A stretch of DNA of 64,000 nt from Epiperipatus broadwayi (taxonomy: Eukaryota > Animalia > Onychophora): NCBI GenBank assembly GCA_028023455.1, contig JAQFVV010000005.1, positions 22,630,001 to 22,694,000 on the forward strand, read 5' to 3'. Below the pieces are notes generated by a model. The model ran no database searches. It saw only the letters and a program-made list of their open reading frames with translations, and was not told where the DNA came from. Positions 53,201 to 61,127 of this stretch are shown in pieces (position 1 is the stretch's first letter; the number at the start of each line of letters is the position of its first letter). The position numbers were made by a program, and so were the translations under genes.

Positions 53201-54756
53201 AAATTTGTTGGAATAATTAATTACTCATTTACCAATTAGTATTGGATGATACATTGAGTTGGTATGGGCAAGCTATTTGAAAAAAATAATATTTGTTTGG
53301 AAAATTCTCAATTATTTGAAAAAATATCCAAATTCTTATCCTTAAACTATAAAATTGTATACTTTTGATTTTCATATATATATATTGTATATATAAATAT
53401 ACTTACAATATAACTAGTAAAATATATTAATGCTTCGCTACTAATTTATTTATTGTTTTGTCAGACATTAGAATTGCTCCTGATTTCATTTTTTTATATC
53501 AGTAAGTGGTAAAAATTATATCTCTTTTTTTTTCACTAATCATAAAATGAAGGATTGTATACTTAACCCTTTTACATATTTACGATTATATATTTCTTAT
53601 ACGTTTGTAACTCATATTTGTAGTTAAAGTGACATGTCAAACTAAGATTTGTGGTAAAGATGCAAAATGTGAAGACATTCATGGAGAAGCTATGTGTGGT
53701 AAGTAAATTAATATTGTTGTCATTCTTAAGATTAAATTTTAAAAATCAGGTTTATTAGAAAATTGATGATAAATGTTGTATTGGAGAATACAAAAACAAT
53801 TGTGATTACAATAATGTCTCCACATAATTCTATGGAACCATTATTTTAAGCATTTAAAGAGAATTCCCATTATCTTGCACTTCAACTCCAAATATAATTG
53901 AAGCATGATATTCTATATTTTTAAGAGCAGAAGACTTAATATATTAATAATGATTCAGTATTGAAGAGATATTTTTATTTTTTTGTCTTGACTTTTGGAT
54001 CAATATAACAGTGCAATTTATTATTATAATGTGATATTGTTGGCTTATGCATATAATATGCATGTTTAAAAGCATGATTTTTGCATCCTGCTAATAATTT
54101 AAAGCAGCAACATTTATTTTTACCAAAGAAGCTTTTTAGATAAAGATCAACTAAAGGCTTATTGATTGTAGGGGTATAGCATGACCTCATCTCTCCTCAC
54201 AAATTGTAATGGCTGCAATATATTTACAATTATTTGTTTTTACAATCACTATAGCAACTTGCCAACAAAGTCAGACTAACTTTTAGGTAAATAATAGCCA
54301 ACTATTTATCGGCAATGTGTACAGCGAGTTAAGTTGGCTACTTAATTCATTTGGTTATCACTAAATAAGTATGTTAGTAAACGTTAGATAATCATATACT
54401 AAATATCTTGATAACATCCTCAACTGGCATTTTATAAAGTATAAGTAGATAATAAAATTCTTAGTCCTTCAGATTATAGTAAATATAGATGTCACCATTG
54501 TGTATAATATAAGTGGTCTGAGGTAGCAATCTTATGTTTTTTATTGTATATATTAGGACTTATTAAGCATGCACACTCATGTAAAGATAGATTTAACTTC
54601 ATGTTTACATATTTTATAATTTTTTTTTTATAGTTAGTCCTTGTACTGAAGGCAATAACCCATGTGATAAGTCCGCAAAGTGTCGTCATCTTGAAAATAA
54701 TAAATTGGAATGTGTTTGCGAAGATGGAAAAATTGTAGGACAAAAAGAACCATGTC
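2094..54756 (+). CDS. Multi-exon gene (partial, both ends outside window) encoding an EGF/FOLN-like multidomain, cysteine-rich protein with a long CxCP repeat array; 11 exons, about 3174 coding bp, about 1058 aa
   Basis: Exons 2094-2213, 10450-10578, 14762-14878, 21410-21532, 24766-24840, 31362-31484, 34676-34798, 38008-38127, 47508-49553, 53624-53698, 54634-54756. Each has a pyrimidine-rich AG acceptor and GT donor, a length divisible by 3 and phase 1 at both ends. Junction codons (I,V,V,W,L,S,W,V,I,V) give no stops. Cys spacing is EGF-like. Confidence 0.9.
2501..2654. repeat. Fragment of the GAAACTAGTC foldback family
   Basis: Matches 17710-17780 and the reverse complement of 37090-37185; ends gatcatgtgatgttt. 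Confidence 0.7.
4001..4091 (+). mobile_element. tRNA-derived (Gly-like) SINE, copy 1
   Basis: GCGTTGGTGGTCGAGTGG (A box) ... GGTTCACTTCCCGGCCAATGC (B box); 7-bp acceptor-like stem; same family as 46000 and 50468. Confidence 0.75.
5016..5596. mobile_element. Non-autonomous hAT (Blackjack/MER81-like) MITE
   Basis: TIR tagggtgaccaga / tctggtcatcata, subterminal cgggac motifs, 8-bp TSD gctaaggc (5008-5015, 5597-5604). Confidence 0.85.
6509..9757 (+). mobile_element. Near full-length degenerate RTE LINE (APE + RT)
   Basis: ORF pieces VMGDLNARIG, GSDNRLVRCK, SVRQGDSISP, HLDFADDIV, YKYLG; tga/atg-like tail; candidate 10-bp TSD aatcaatatg at 6499-6508 and 9758-9767; about 3.25 kb. Confidence 0.88.
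10450..10578 (+). CDS. Exon B, EGF-like/Cys-rich module (SASCRMIKCGRSEECIEKDGRALCIPICDKNQIVNSEGKCET)
   Basis: tttag| acceptor, g|gtatta donor, 129 bp, six Cys. Confidence 0.85.
11333..11644 (+). mobile_element. Chimeric small element: hammerhead-bearing hairpin-family fragment fused to the 3' end of the RTEX-like LINE, bounded by short inverted repeats
   Basis: 11420-11550 matches the family at 37020-37160; 11551-11635 is the reverse complement of the LINE 3' end at 43470-43552; inverted termini ttaaaacagta / tactgttttaa. Confidence 0.65.
11432..11471 (+). ncRNA. Minimal type I hammerhead-like motif
   Basis: attca CTGATGA aagccataagcca GAAACTAGTC tgagt: stem I attca/tgagt, palindromic stem III ACTAGT, GUC site; stem II imperfect. 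Confidence 0.55.
12408..13101. mobile_element. 694-bp foldback element with 152-bp TIRs, TG...CA ends and 5-bp TSD (unclassified)
   Basis: Arms 12408-12559 and 12950-13101 differ at only one position seen; TSD cttgt at 12403-12407 and 13102-13106. Confidence 0.85.
13712..14336. repeat. Partial tandem duplication (339-bp period) of a dispersed repeat also present at about 15945-16145 and, inverted, at 27685-28095
   Basis: taaatgag...tgaatgacgcct repeated at 13712 and 14051; shared aatgaatccacctattc and ttaagtactggaaatgagag blocks. Confidence 0.8.
14762..14878 (+). CDS. Exon C, EGF-like domain (SGSCTKNNPCHKTARCEEENGPKCFCEDREVAFGEQCA)
   Basis: ttttatag| acceptor, g|gtactt donor, 117 bp, six Cys. 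Confidence 0.88.
17676..17842. repeat. Collapsed near-perfect hairpin of the hammerhead-associated foldback family
   Basis: About 55-bp arms caaaactctcc...aatgga / tccagtg...gagttttg around an 8-nt loop ttctggca. Confidence 0.8.
18299..19650 (-). mobile_element. RTEX-like LINE, 5'-truncated copy
   Basis: LLFDDIFLC RT motif; C-terminal region GCELIYDN.KESSLLFKA; (catca)-like 3' tail. Confidence 0.8.
19805..21170 (-). mobile_element. RTEX-like LINE, 5'-truncated copy
   Basis: ORF 20360-21001 (post-RT region, SFYMRDAKSKMKM); tail tgtgatgtg on + strand at 19808. Confidence 0.8.
21410..21532 (+). CDS. Exon D, EGF-like domain (IPSVSCQMKNCGKNAKCELQNGLAICICPSGFQGTPEEEC)
   Basis: ttttttcaaacag| acceptor, |gtaagt donor, 123 bp; paralogous to exons F and G. 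Confidence 0.92.
22495..23034. mobile_element. Non-autonomous hAT (Buster/Charlie-like) MITE
   Basis: TIR [ca]gtgatcttcaacc / ggttgaagaccactg; 8-bp NNNTANNN TSD atctatta (22487-22494, 23035-23042); subterminal ggtccgc-like motifs. Confidence 0.82.
23769..24421. mobile_element. Penelope-like inverted pLTR foldback with hammerhead-like motifs
   Basis: About 126-bp arms 23769-23895 / 24296-24421, each with CTGATGA-t-gactg-ctgga-cagtt-GAAACTGTA and a downstream aataaa. Confidence 0.75.
24128..24174 (-). ncRNA. Type I hammerhead ribozyme candidate
   Basis: Minus strand ccttca CTGATGA tagc aaatca gctt GAA ATCAGCTGAT C tgaggg: 6-bp stem I, 3-bp stem II plus a U.U closing pair, palindromic stem III, AUC site. 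Confidence 0.65.
24766..24840 (+). CDS. Exon E, four-Cys FOLN-like half-EGF module (TESCSVLQCGILQTCDVLNGKAEC)
   Basis: tttatttatag| acceptor, |gtgagt donor, 75 bp; similar to the N-terminal part of exon H. Confidence 0.85.
24908..25225 (-). mobile_element. RTEX-like LINE 3' fragment
   Basis: ORF 24992-25222 matches the C-terminus of ORF 43521-44339 (YTESELLVFMLGLGK). Confidence 0.8.
26885..27514 (-). mobile_element. Solo LTR (630 bp)
   Basis: TGTTAT...ATAACA termini, 5-bp TSD cctat (26880-26884, 27515-27519), minus-strand TATA-like ctataaata. Confidence 0.8.
27685..28095. repeat. Copy of the 13.7-kb repeat family with a terminal about 50-bp foldback (27685-27807)
   Basis: tgtaaataaacatt...ttaatcag / ctgattaa...gtttatttaca; the remainder is the reverse complement of 13760-14050-type sequence. 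Confidence 0.7.
30156..30472. mobile_element. Penelope-like pLTR foldback: two inverted copies plus one forward copy of a hammerhead-like unit
   Basis: Forward CTGAAGA-a-gattgc-tggg-gcaatc-GAAACTGTA at 30376-30408 (6-bp stem II); reverse-complement copies at about 30221-30255 and about 30300-30335; arms extend to tataatactaa / ttagtattata. Confidence 0.75.
31362..31484 (+). CDS. Exon F, EGF-like domain (SPPEVCKTKQCGKNASCEVRNGLAVCVCLDEFQGNPEKEC)
   Basis: ttttctatttcag| acceptor, |gtaagt donor, 123 bp. Confidence 0.92.
33699..34449. mobile_element. Possible solo LTR
   Basis: TGTTATG...CATGACA with flanking gaggt direct repeat (33694-33698, 34450-34454). The right third is AT-rich and unlike the rest, so the boundary is uncertain. 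Confidence 0.4.
34676..34798 (+). CDS. Exon G, EGF-like domain (RQSTNCQTLHCGKFSKCEIKNGLAVCVCPPGFQGIPEEEC)
   Basis: ttttgtattacag| acceptor, |gtaagt donor, 123 bp; also inside ORF 34570-34911. Confidence 0.92.
36771..37187. mobile_element. Foldback retroelement (Penelope-pLTR-like) with hammerhead-like motif and 14-bp TSD
   Basis: TSD atatatggtaaata (36757-36770, 37188-37201); inverted arms aaagctctccatacagta / tactgtatggagagttttg; motif ttctca CTGATGA...GAAACTAGTC tgggga at 37033-37074. Confidence 0.75.
37643..37783. repeat. Degenerate head-to-head pair of the GAAACTAGTC hammerhead-family unit
   Basis: cagactagtttctagc...atcagtgaag followed by gtgaaagccataaactggaaactaatctgaggatattggatagg. 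Confidence 0.6.
38008..38127 (+). CDS. Exon H, EGF-like domain (TEDCNVLHCNKIEKCEVVNGKAECKKCEDGYRINKDNEC)
   Basis: ttattttcactag| acceptor, |gtaagt donor, 120 bp. Confidence 0.9.
38528..39617 (+). mobile_element. 5'-truncated RTE LINE (RT and C-terminus), same family as 6509-9757
   Basis: ORFs 38421-38864 (GVRQGDSISPKLF, HLDFTDDVV) and 38877-39569 (LKWSWAGHIARR); (gat)n tail; 3' end plus flank duplicated at 39573-39681. Confidence 0.9.
39700..42420 (-). mobile_element. RTEX-like LINE with SGNH esterase ORF1, APE and RT (3'-truncated, degenerate)
   Basis: Minus strand VCFPGARIRDV, MVGANNL, DRLHLAKQG (esterase blocks); IGYLNMQG, ILAVVETYL (APE); QGFRSDR, FIDIEKAYD, LLFADDIFL (RT). Confidence 0.8.
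42421..43458 (-). mobile_element. RTEX-like LINE 3' fragment
   Basis: ORF 43144-43386 AIQGEMGWLSF; tail gtgcatcacatgacatc. Confidence 0.82.
43459..44410 (-). mobile_element. RTEX-like LINE 3' fragment with an intact 272-aa C-terminal ORF (CCHC knuckle CKLC..E...HLLLQC)
   Basis: ORF 43521-44339; (acatc)4 tail at 43459-43478. Confidence 0.85.
46000..46099 (-). mobile_element. tRNA-derived SINE, copy 2
   Basis: Reverse complement of the 4001 family with an A-rich tail; 13-bp TSD taattttaacaat (45987-45999, 46100-46112). Confidence 0.85.
46190..46820 (+). mobile_element. Older degenerate RTE LINE 3' fragment
   Basis: ORF 46220-46441 (IINANGNI..KINSRIKFG); gaccttcttcctgcagt...gatgatg tail. Confidence 0.75.
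47508..49553 (+). CDS. Exon I, 2046 bp: EGF-like N-terminus followed by about 43 tandem Cys repeats (CKCPKDMTYYPDTKE, then alternating 14/15-aa units); reminiscent of Balbiani ring 3-type CxC repeats
   Basis: ttttattttag| acceptor in frame with the 661-aa ORF 47576-49561; donor tgt a|gtaagt at 49553/4. Units differ at many synonymous positions while Cys, Pro and Met are conserved. Confidence 0.93.
50133..50292. repeat. 160-bp near-perfect palindrome (about 76-bp arms, 8-nt loop)
   Basis: tatgcatttgaaaaatg...gaaaagaggg aaacccta ccctcttttc...caaatgcata, two mismatches seen; same family as 55830. Confidence 0.9.
50468..50572 (+). mobile_element. tRNA-derived SINE, copy 3
   Basis: GCATTGGTGGT...TCCCGGCCGATGC, poly(A) tail, 15-bp TSD aaatcattaacttat (50453-50467, 50573-50587). 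Confidence 0.88.
51896..52365. repeat. Foldback element with about 210-bp arms
   Basis: Arms 51896-52106 / 52159-52365; 12-bp direct repeat ttaaccaaatgt at 51853-51864 and 52361-52372. Confidence 0.85.
53624..53698 (+). CDS. Exon J, four-Cys FOLN-like module (KVTCQTKICGKDAKCEDIHGEAMC)
   Basis: atttgtag| acceptor, g|gtaagt donor, 75 bp; similar to the first half of exon A. Confidence 0.88.
54634..54756 (+). CDS. Exon K, EGF-like domain (SPCTEGNNPCDKSAKCRHLENNKLECVCEDGKIVGQKEPC)
   Basis: poly-T tatag| acceptor, |gtaagt donor, 123 bp; similar to exon C. Confidence 0.9.
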
Positions 54757-54943
54757 GTAAGTATTTAGTTCACATTAAAATAGAAAATTATATAACATTA
54801 CAAAACTAGCCAAAAAAAAACAAAATTTACTAAAATTCTCTCGTATCCATTTGATCTGTATACAAATAGACCTTTTCAAATGAAATTAAGCAAAATGCAA
54901 ACAATGTATATATAGAAAAAAAAAAAGTTTTTTAATTATTCAT

Positions 54944-55261
54944 TTCAAAAACCAATCACCTTTAACATCAAAGGATGTCTTCATGAGATTAATGTAAGAT
55001 TTGTCATCAGTATTTTTTTGTTTCTTCTTATTAATTCATTTTTTTTTTCATAAAAGATAATCTCTGTATTGCCAAATAATATTCTATTATCTGTATTTAG
55101 CTTGGTCATAAAATATTATTTGATAATGTAGAGATTATCTTTTATGAAAAAAATGAATTAAAAAGATGAGTCCAAAAAACACTGATGACAAATATTCTTG
55201 AATCTGAAGCCATCAATCTCATGAAGATATTCTTTAATGTTAAAGGGGGTTTGTTTTTGAA
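54944..55261. repeat. Degenerate foldback element with about 110-120-bp arms
   Basis: ttcaaaaacc...cataaaagataatctct / agagattatcttttatg...tttttgaa. Confidence 0.75.
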
Positions 55262-55829
55262 GTGAATTATGGGAAGGCTATTTTGTTTTTTTATGTAAAT
55301 ATTATTTGTATTTTGTTGAATTTAATTTGAAACGGTCTATTTATTAATAGTTGAAACCATTGTCATGAGAGATTTTTAAAAAAATTTTGTTATTTGGCGA
55401 ATCCTGTAATGTTATATAATTTTCTATTTTATATATCATCATTAATTAATGTAACATTAAACAATATTCATATTGTATTTAAGCATTTCTCACTGTTTAG
55501 AAAAAAAGTGGAAAAGTATTTTATGATTTTATTTCTTTGCTTACATTTCCTGAATTATAAGTAGTGACACCAAATTTCATTCTGAACCTTACGTTAACAG
55601 TAAGAGTCACAAAATACATTTAAGAGAAAAGATGTCCTCCATTTGTGAAGAACTAAATTGGCAATTGCTTTCATGCTACAAACTATCTAGATCATTTCTT
55701 GATTAATTAGAATTTGTCAGAAAAGTTATTCTGCACAAACTGCCTGGATGGGTTTATAAAGTTATCCAAATTAATAATGTAAACAATATCAAAATCACCT
55801 TTTTCTTTATTTTTGCTATAATATCTTAT

Positions 55830-55970
55830 TGAGGCTATAACCTCCTTAATATGCGTATAAAATATGATAGTAGGGACCTCTATAGGTGTTTTAACCAGCT
55901 TGTGGTTAAAACACCTGTAGAGGTCCCTACTATTGCATTTTATACGCATATTAAGGAGGTTATAGCCTCA
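55830..55970. repeat. 141-bp palindrome, same family as 50133
   Basis: tgaggctataacctcc...ttaacca gcttg tggttaa...ggaggttatagcctca; the flank gtaaatattact...gtgcattt matches the reverse complement of 50083-50112. Confidence 0.88.
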
Positions 55971-56024
55971 GTAAATATTACTACGTAATCAATGTGCATT
56001 TAATAAATTTATAATTATAATATC

Positions 56025-56265
56025 TTATATAAATCCAATTTATCCAAATCACTTTGTACACTTTTTAGCAAAAACCTTTTATTGTACATATACACACAAA
56101 CACCTATGTTCCAACTGTCCTGCAACCTTCACTTTACTTTAATCTAAACTGGCTCTGAAGAAGACCGCAGGACAGTCAAAATGTAGGTGTATGTGTATAT
56201 ATGTACAATAAAGGGTTTTTGCTAAAAAGTGTTCAAAGTGATTTGGATAAATTGGATTTATATAA
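56025..56265. mobile_element. Penelope-like inverted pLTR foldback with a degenerate hammerhead core
   Basis: Arms 56025-56123 / 56167-56265; CTGAAGA-a-gaccg-cagga-cagtc-aaaa at 56155; aataaa in the arm. Confidence 0.7.
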
Positions 56266-57279
56266 TGTAAACAATCAGGCTGATAGTCTGAGTTTAAATC
56301 TTTAGAGTATTTTAATGTTCAGCTTTTTGTTCAGATGCATATAGAATGTTGAATGAGCATATATAAGTAGTCAGAAAAATGAAGTCCTTAAACTCAGTTT
56401 TTCAGATGGGTAATCTTGATTAGATTAAACATTTAATTAATAGACTAGAAGTAGTCGGATATGAAGTAGTGTCCCTTCTCTGCAGCCTGTTTTAAAGTCA
56501 AGAGCACCAGAAAACCTTGCTGCTATTATTTCTGACTTCCACGACTGATTTCCAGCTTTGTTAGGTAGTAAAAAGTGTTAGCCTTTGTTTATTTGCTAAC
56601 TAATATTTTTATGGAAAATAGGTATTGCAATGACTTCAGCTGTAGCTGAACGATCGCAAATATAAATACTTAATTTAAAATAAGAACTACCGACTTATTT
56701 ACACTAGATCTTTATTGGTTATGTAATAATTCACTCTAAAACAACAGTTATGGGTAATTGGTTAACATATATATCTATATACATAATCTGACTGCATTAC
56801 AATTCAACTCCCTCTCTCTGTCTAACAGTAATACAAAAATGCACAGTACCTTGACTAGGTGACGAAAATAAACCCTCGTAAAAAGCCACTTAGGGTGTTT
56901 TAAAATTATATTAAAACCAGTGGACCAGTCTGCTTCTACCCTAATCTGCCAGATTCACCTACAGGTGCCGAGAACCTGGGATCACAGTCCATAGTGGCAG
57001 CACTCATGGAGAACCAAAGGACGAGAGAGCGATATTAATTTTTCCTGCTCTTTTATACTCCCATGTTTGAAAATCCCACTCTCGTCACTTCTTTTCTGGA
57101 ATATTAATACATCTTTTTATATGAGTGCAGACAGCTTCATTTGGTTATTAATTCCCTTGGTACTTCAATCTGTTAAACAACACATCTTTATTTAGTTAAT
57201 GCAGCCTGATCTAATTACTTTTATTTTCACTTAATTAAACGTGTGCCTTTACTGGCTCTATTTACATATGTATACAACA

Positions 57280-57293
57280 CCTCCCCTTACTCC
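57280..57293 (-). promoter_or_regulatory. Polypurine tract
   Basis: ggagtaaggggagg directly before the 3' LTR. Confidence 0.85.
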
Positions 57294-57305
57294 AGAAAAA
57301 GATAG

Positions 57306-60300
57306 TTGCGTAATGGCACTATATATAGTCTTTTAGTTTGTCCGGTCTCTGGATTTTCCATTTTGGTCTGGCTGTATTGCTTTGTGTTTCATCTGGCTTT
57401 GAGCTCGATGCTGTATCATTTCTCACTATCCGTTGGTGCTGTCTCTGTCTCCATTGGTCGCTGTTGTTTTATTTCTGTGGTTTGTTGCTCATTCAACAGT
57501 AACTCTCTTGTAATGTCAGGTAACTTTTGTATTTCCTCTACAACTCACTGATGGACGTGGTTTACATGTCTTCTATAGCCAGTACCATCCTGTAGCTGCA
57601 CGATTACTATTTGTTGAGACAACAGTTTCATAATTATTCCCTCTACCCATTTCTTTTGCAACATATCCCGGACCCAAACTTTATCCCCGATTATGAACTT
57701 GTTTACATTTTTGTCACTGTTGTTATTTTTGACAAGATCTGGCAGTAATCAGTCTAATTTAATATGCAGTTTTTTGCCCATTAACAGATCTGTGGGTGAT
57801 TTCCCGGTGGCCATTGATGGCGTTGCATGTTGCCACAGCATCGCATTATCAATTGCTTGTTGTAAATCCCTATAATGCCTTTTTGATTATTTGGACAGCC
57901 TTCTCTGCCAGACCATTCGACTCCTAGTGATATGATGGTTTACGTATATGTCTGATGCCATTATCATGGAAATAGCTTTCTATTTCCCTAGCTATGAACG
58001 CAGTTGCGTTATCAGACACGATGGTTTCCGGTAAACCATGACATGCAAACACAGCATTTAAAGTCTTAACTGCTTCAGTAGCAGTTAAATCTTTTACAAT
58101 TCGGCACTCTGCCCACTTTGAAAATGCATCTATCACTACGAGCAAGAGTTTTCCATTCACTGGTCCAGCATGGTCTATGTGGACCCTTTGCCATGCTTTT
58201 GTGGCAGCTGCCACGAATTGTATATCTTAGCTCTCATGTTCATTTCTGTTTGACATGCCGAATATTTTTTGATATTTTGCTCTATGTCGATGGTAATTTT
58301 TGGCCACCAGATGTAGCTGTGAGCCAGTGCTTTAGCTTGCACAACTCTAGGGTGCCCCTCGTGAAGTAAGTTCAATACTTGCTGTCGGCTTTCCATTGGT
58401 ATCACAACCTGATCACCCATTAATATGCATCCTTTGCATATAGATAGTTTATTACGATTTGTCCAGAATCCTGGGTCAATGTACTGAGGCTTTAAAGATG
58501 GCCATCCATTTTTGATCCATCCCATAAGTATCTGATAGCCTTGATCGGAGCTTGTCCAATTGGCTATGCATTTGCTGTTCAGTATTTCTGAGTTTAGGGT
58601 GTCAATATAATTTATTTCTGCCTCCATCGTTGATTGTTCTTGCTTGTCTGGCATTCTTGATAATGCATCAGCATGTGCAATGCCTTTTCCTTTTTTGTAT
58701 TCTAATATGTAGTCATATGCTGACATTATGTTTCTCCAGCACATCATGCATGGGCTTAAATGTTCGGGAGCTAAACGATCGCGACCCAAAATACCCAGTA
58801 GTGGCTTGTGGTCAGTAACTATGCGGAAATTCCTTCCGAACAGGAATTGATGGAAATTTTTTTAAGGCCAAACATTATAGCCAAAGCCTCCTTGTCAATT
58901 TGGCCATAATTTTTCTCTGATTTTGAGAGAGTTCTTAATGCGTAAGCAATAGGGCATTCCCCCTTGTGACATGGATGAGATAGCACCGCCCCCACTCCCC
59001 ACTCTGATGCATCAGTTGTTAAGCGTACTTATAAACTGTTATTATAATGCAGAAATAGTTTCTCGGACGACAATAACGTTTTTGTTCGACAGAATGCTTC
59101 TTCATGAATTCTAGACCAATGCCACTTCTGATCTTTTTTTAATAGTTCGTATAATGGCTTAGCTATGTGAGCTTTACCTTCCAAGAAAGGCTCAAAAAAG
59201 TTTATGAGACCTAAGAAAGCCTGTAACTGTTTTATATTAGTAGGTGGCGATGTCTTTTTCACTGCATTTACTTTCTCTAGGGATGGTCTCTTCCCTTTAT
59301 CAGAAATCAAATGGCCTAGAAACGTCAATTCTTTTGACATCCATACGCTCTTGCTGGCGTTTAATTTAGCCCCAGATTTATTGTTTTTCGCATACGATGA
59401 ATAGTCTGTTGCGCAACATTTCTTATGACGTAGCCGTGATAAGTATGTTATTGTAATAGGGAATGACCTCTTCTAGACCCTGTAGTAAAACATTGAACCT
59501 TGACTGAAATATATTCGGGGCTGTGGATATGACAAAAGGTAAATGATTGCACCTAAATAGACTCATATGGGTCGTTAAAGCCAAGATTTCCGCTCATTTT
59601 TTGGTAACCTGAATCTGGTGAAAAGTGGAATTAAGGTCTAGCTTCACAAAATAGGAAGCATTTTGCAGACCGGCCAAAACTTCCCTTACATTTGGGACAG
59701 GATAAGCTCCCCTGTTTAAAAATTTGTTTACAGTTATTCGGTAATCTCCGCATAATCTAATTTCCCCATTCGGCTTAGTTATTACTACTAAAGGTATGGC
59801 CCAATCAGATGTTTCGATAGGTGTCAACACTCCTTTAATTTTTTGCACAAACGGAATCTTACGCGGTTTACAAATAACCGGTCATGCATTTTCCGATAAT
59901 TCTATTTCTATTGGTTTTGATGCGATGAATCCCAGTTTTTCATTGAACAGATCTGGATATTTATTAACTAGTTCATCTTCCAAAGAGATTTTCTTTATAT
60001 TAATTTGTATCCTGATCTCGCGAAACCATTCTCTCTCTATAATGGGGCTAATTTTACCATTTACAATATATAGGGGTAGATTCGCTTTTTTACCGTTGTA
60101 TTCAATTGGCGCTTTAACCTGACCAATTATTTTGAGGGTGTTACCATTTACATCTCTCGCTTTAATATTTGTTTTTTCTAAAACAATGTTTGCCTTATCG
60201 TATAATTTTTTCCAATCTGACCATGAAATTATGGAAATTGCCGATCCGCTATCAATTTCCATTTCTATTTCTTTACCGTAAATTTTAAGTTTAATCATGT

Positions 60301-61098
60301 GGGTGGTTACAAATTTCCCTCCTCTATCACAAGGCATGTGGGCGTGTTCTTTTATTTTTCCTTTGTCGTCTTGTCTACAGACGCGAGACAAATGGCCTTT
60401 TTTGCCGCATTTAAAACACGCTTCTTTCTGCCATTTGCATTCTCTTGAAATGTGGTCCATTTTCCCACAACAGAAACATATTATTTTAGCATTACTAGTA
60501 TTTGACTTCATTGGGCTTTGATTTCCTCCGTACGTTTTGAAACCCCCATTTTTGTGGTTTCATCCGATTTAAATCTAAAAGCTTGTGCCTGCTCCAATAT
60601 CAATTCATACACTATACCCTTTTTGATGGTCATTTCGTAGGTTAACCCTGTTTATACAAGCAATTGCTGTCTGAGCCTATCATTGGCCATGCCCCAAAGT
60701 AGCTGGTCCATTAAAATTTCATCAACGAAATCACCATAGTTACAATCTTTAGCCAATTCTCTTAAAGCTAGATTATAATCATTAATTTTCTCACCACTAA
60801 ATTGTTTTCTATTTCGGAGAGTTAATCTAGCTATGTGGCGAGAGGGACAGGGGCTAAACTGATCATTTAACCTCTTGATCACTTTCTCATATTTGACCTT
60901 CTCAGGCAAAGGTACTTCAAAATTTTTATGAATAACCTCAATTATTCTTTTCCTGCTATAACACATTAGGGCCGCTATTTTTCTCTTGTTATCATCAATC
61001 GCATTCAAAGTAAAGAAATTTTCGATCTGGGTTCTATATAATGGCCATTCGGACGCATTACTGGCATCGAATTCACCTATGCTGTTCTGCCCTAACAC
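57306..61098 (-). pseudogene. Frameshifted gag-pol of the gypsy element
   Basis: Gag IGEFDASNASEW; two CCHC knuckles; protease IDSGSAISII; RT WAIPLVV..K.NGEIRLCGDYR and FLGHLIS; RNase H HADALSR; integrase HEGHP..., WQRVHIDHAGP, TIVSDN. Confidence 0.9.
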
Positions 61099-61117
61099 AT
61101 AATTTAAAGTTGTTTGA

Positions 61118-61127
61118 GACTACGCCA
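61118..61127 (-). promoter_or_regulatory. Primer-binding site, tRNA-Ser-like
   Basis: TGGCGTAGTC 6 nt inside the 5' LTR, complementary to the ...GACTACGCCA 3' end of eukaryotic tRNA-Ser(AGA/CGA-type). Confidence 0.7.

Noticed and set aside
53465-53501. Possible small exon (cag|...|gtaagt)
   Set aside because: 37 bp would break the frame and it contains no Cys pattern.
2094-54756. Assigning a gene name (e.g. Bm86/ATAQ, BR3, fibrillin, Notch)
   Set aside because: No calcium-binding EGF consensus or other diagnostic domain, both termini are missing, and the resemblance is only generic.
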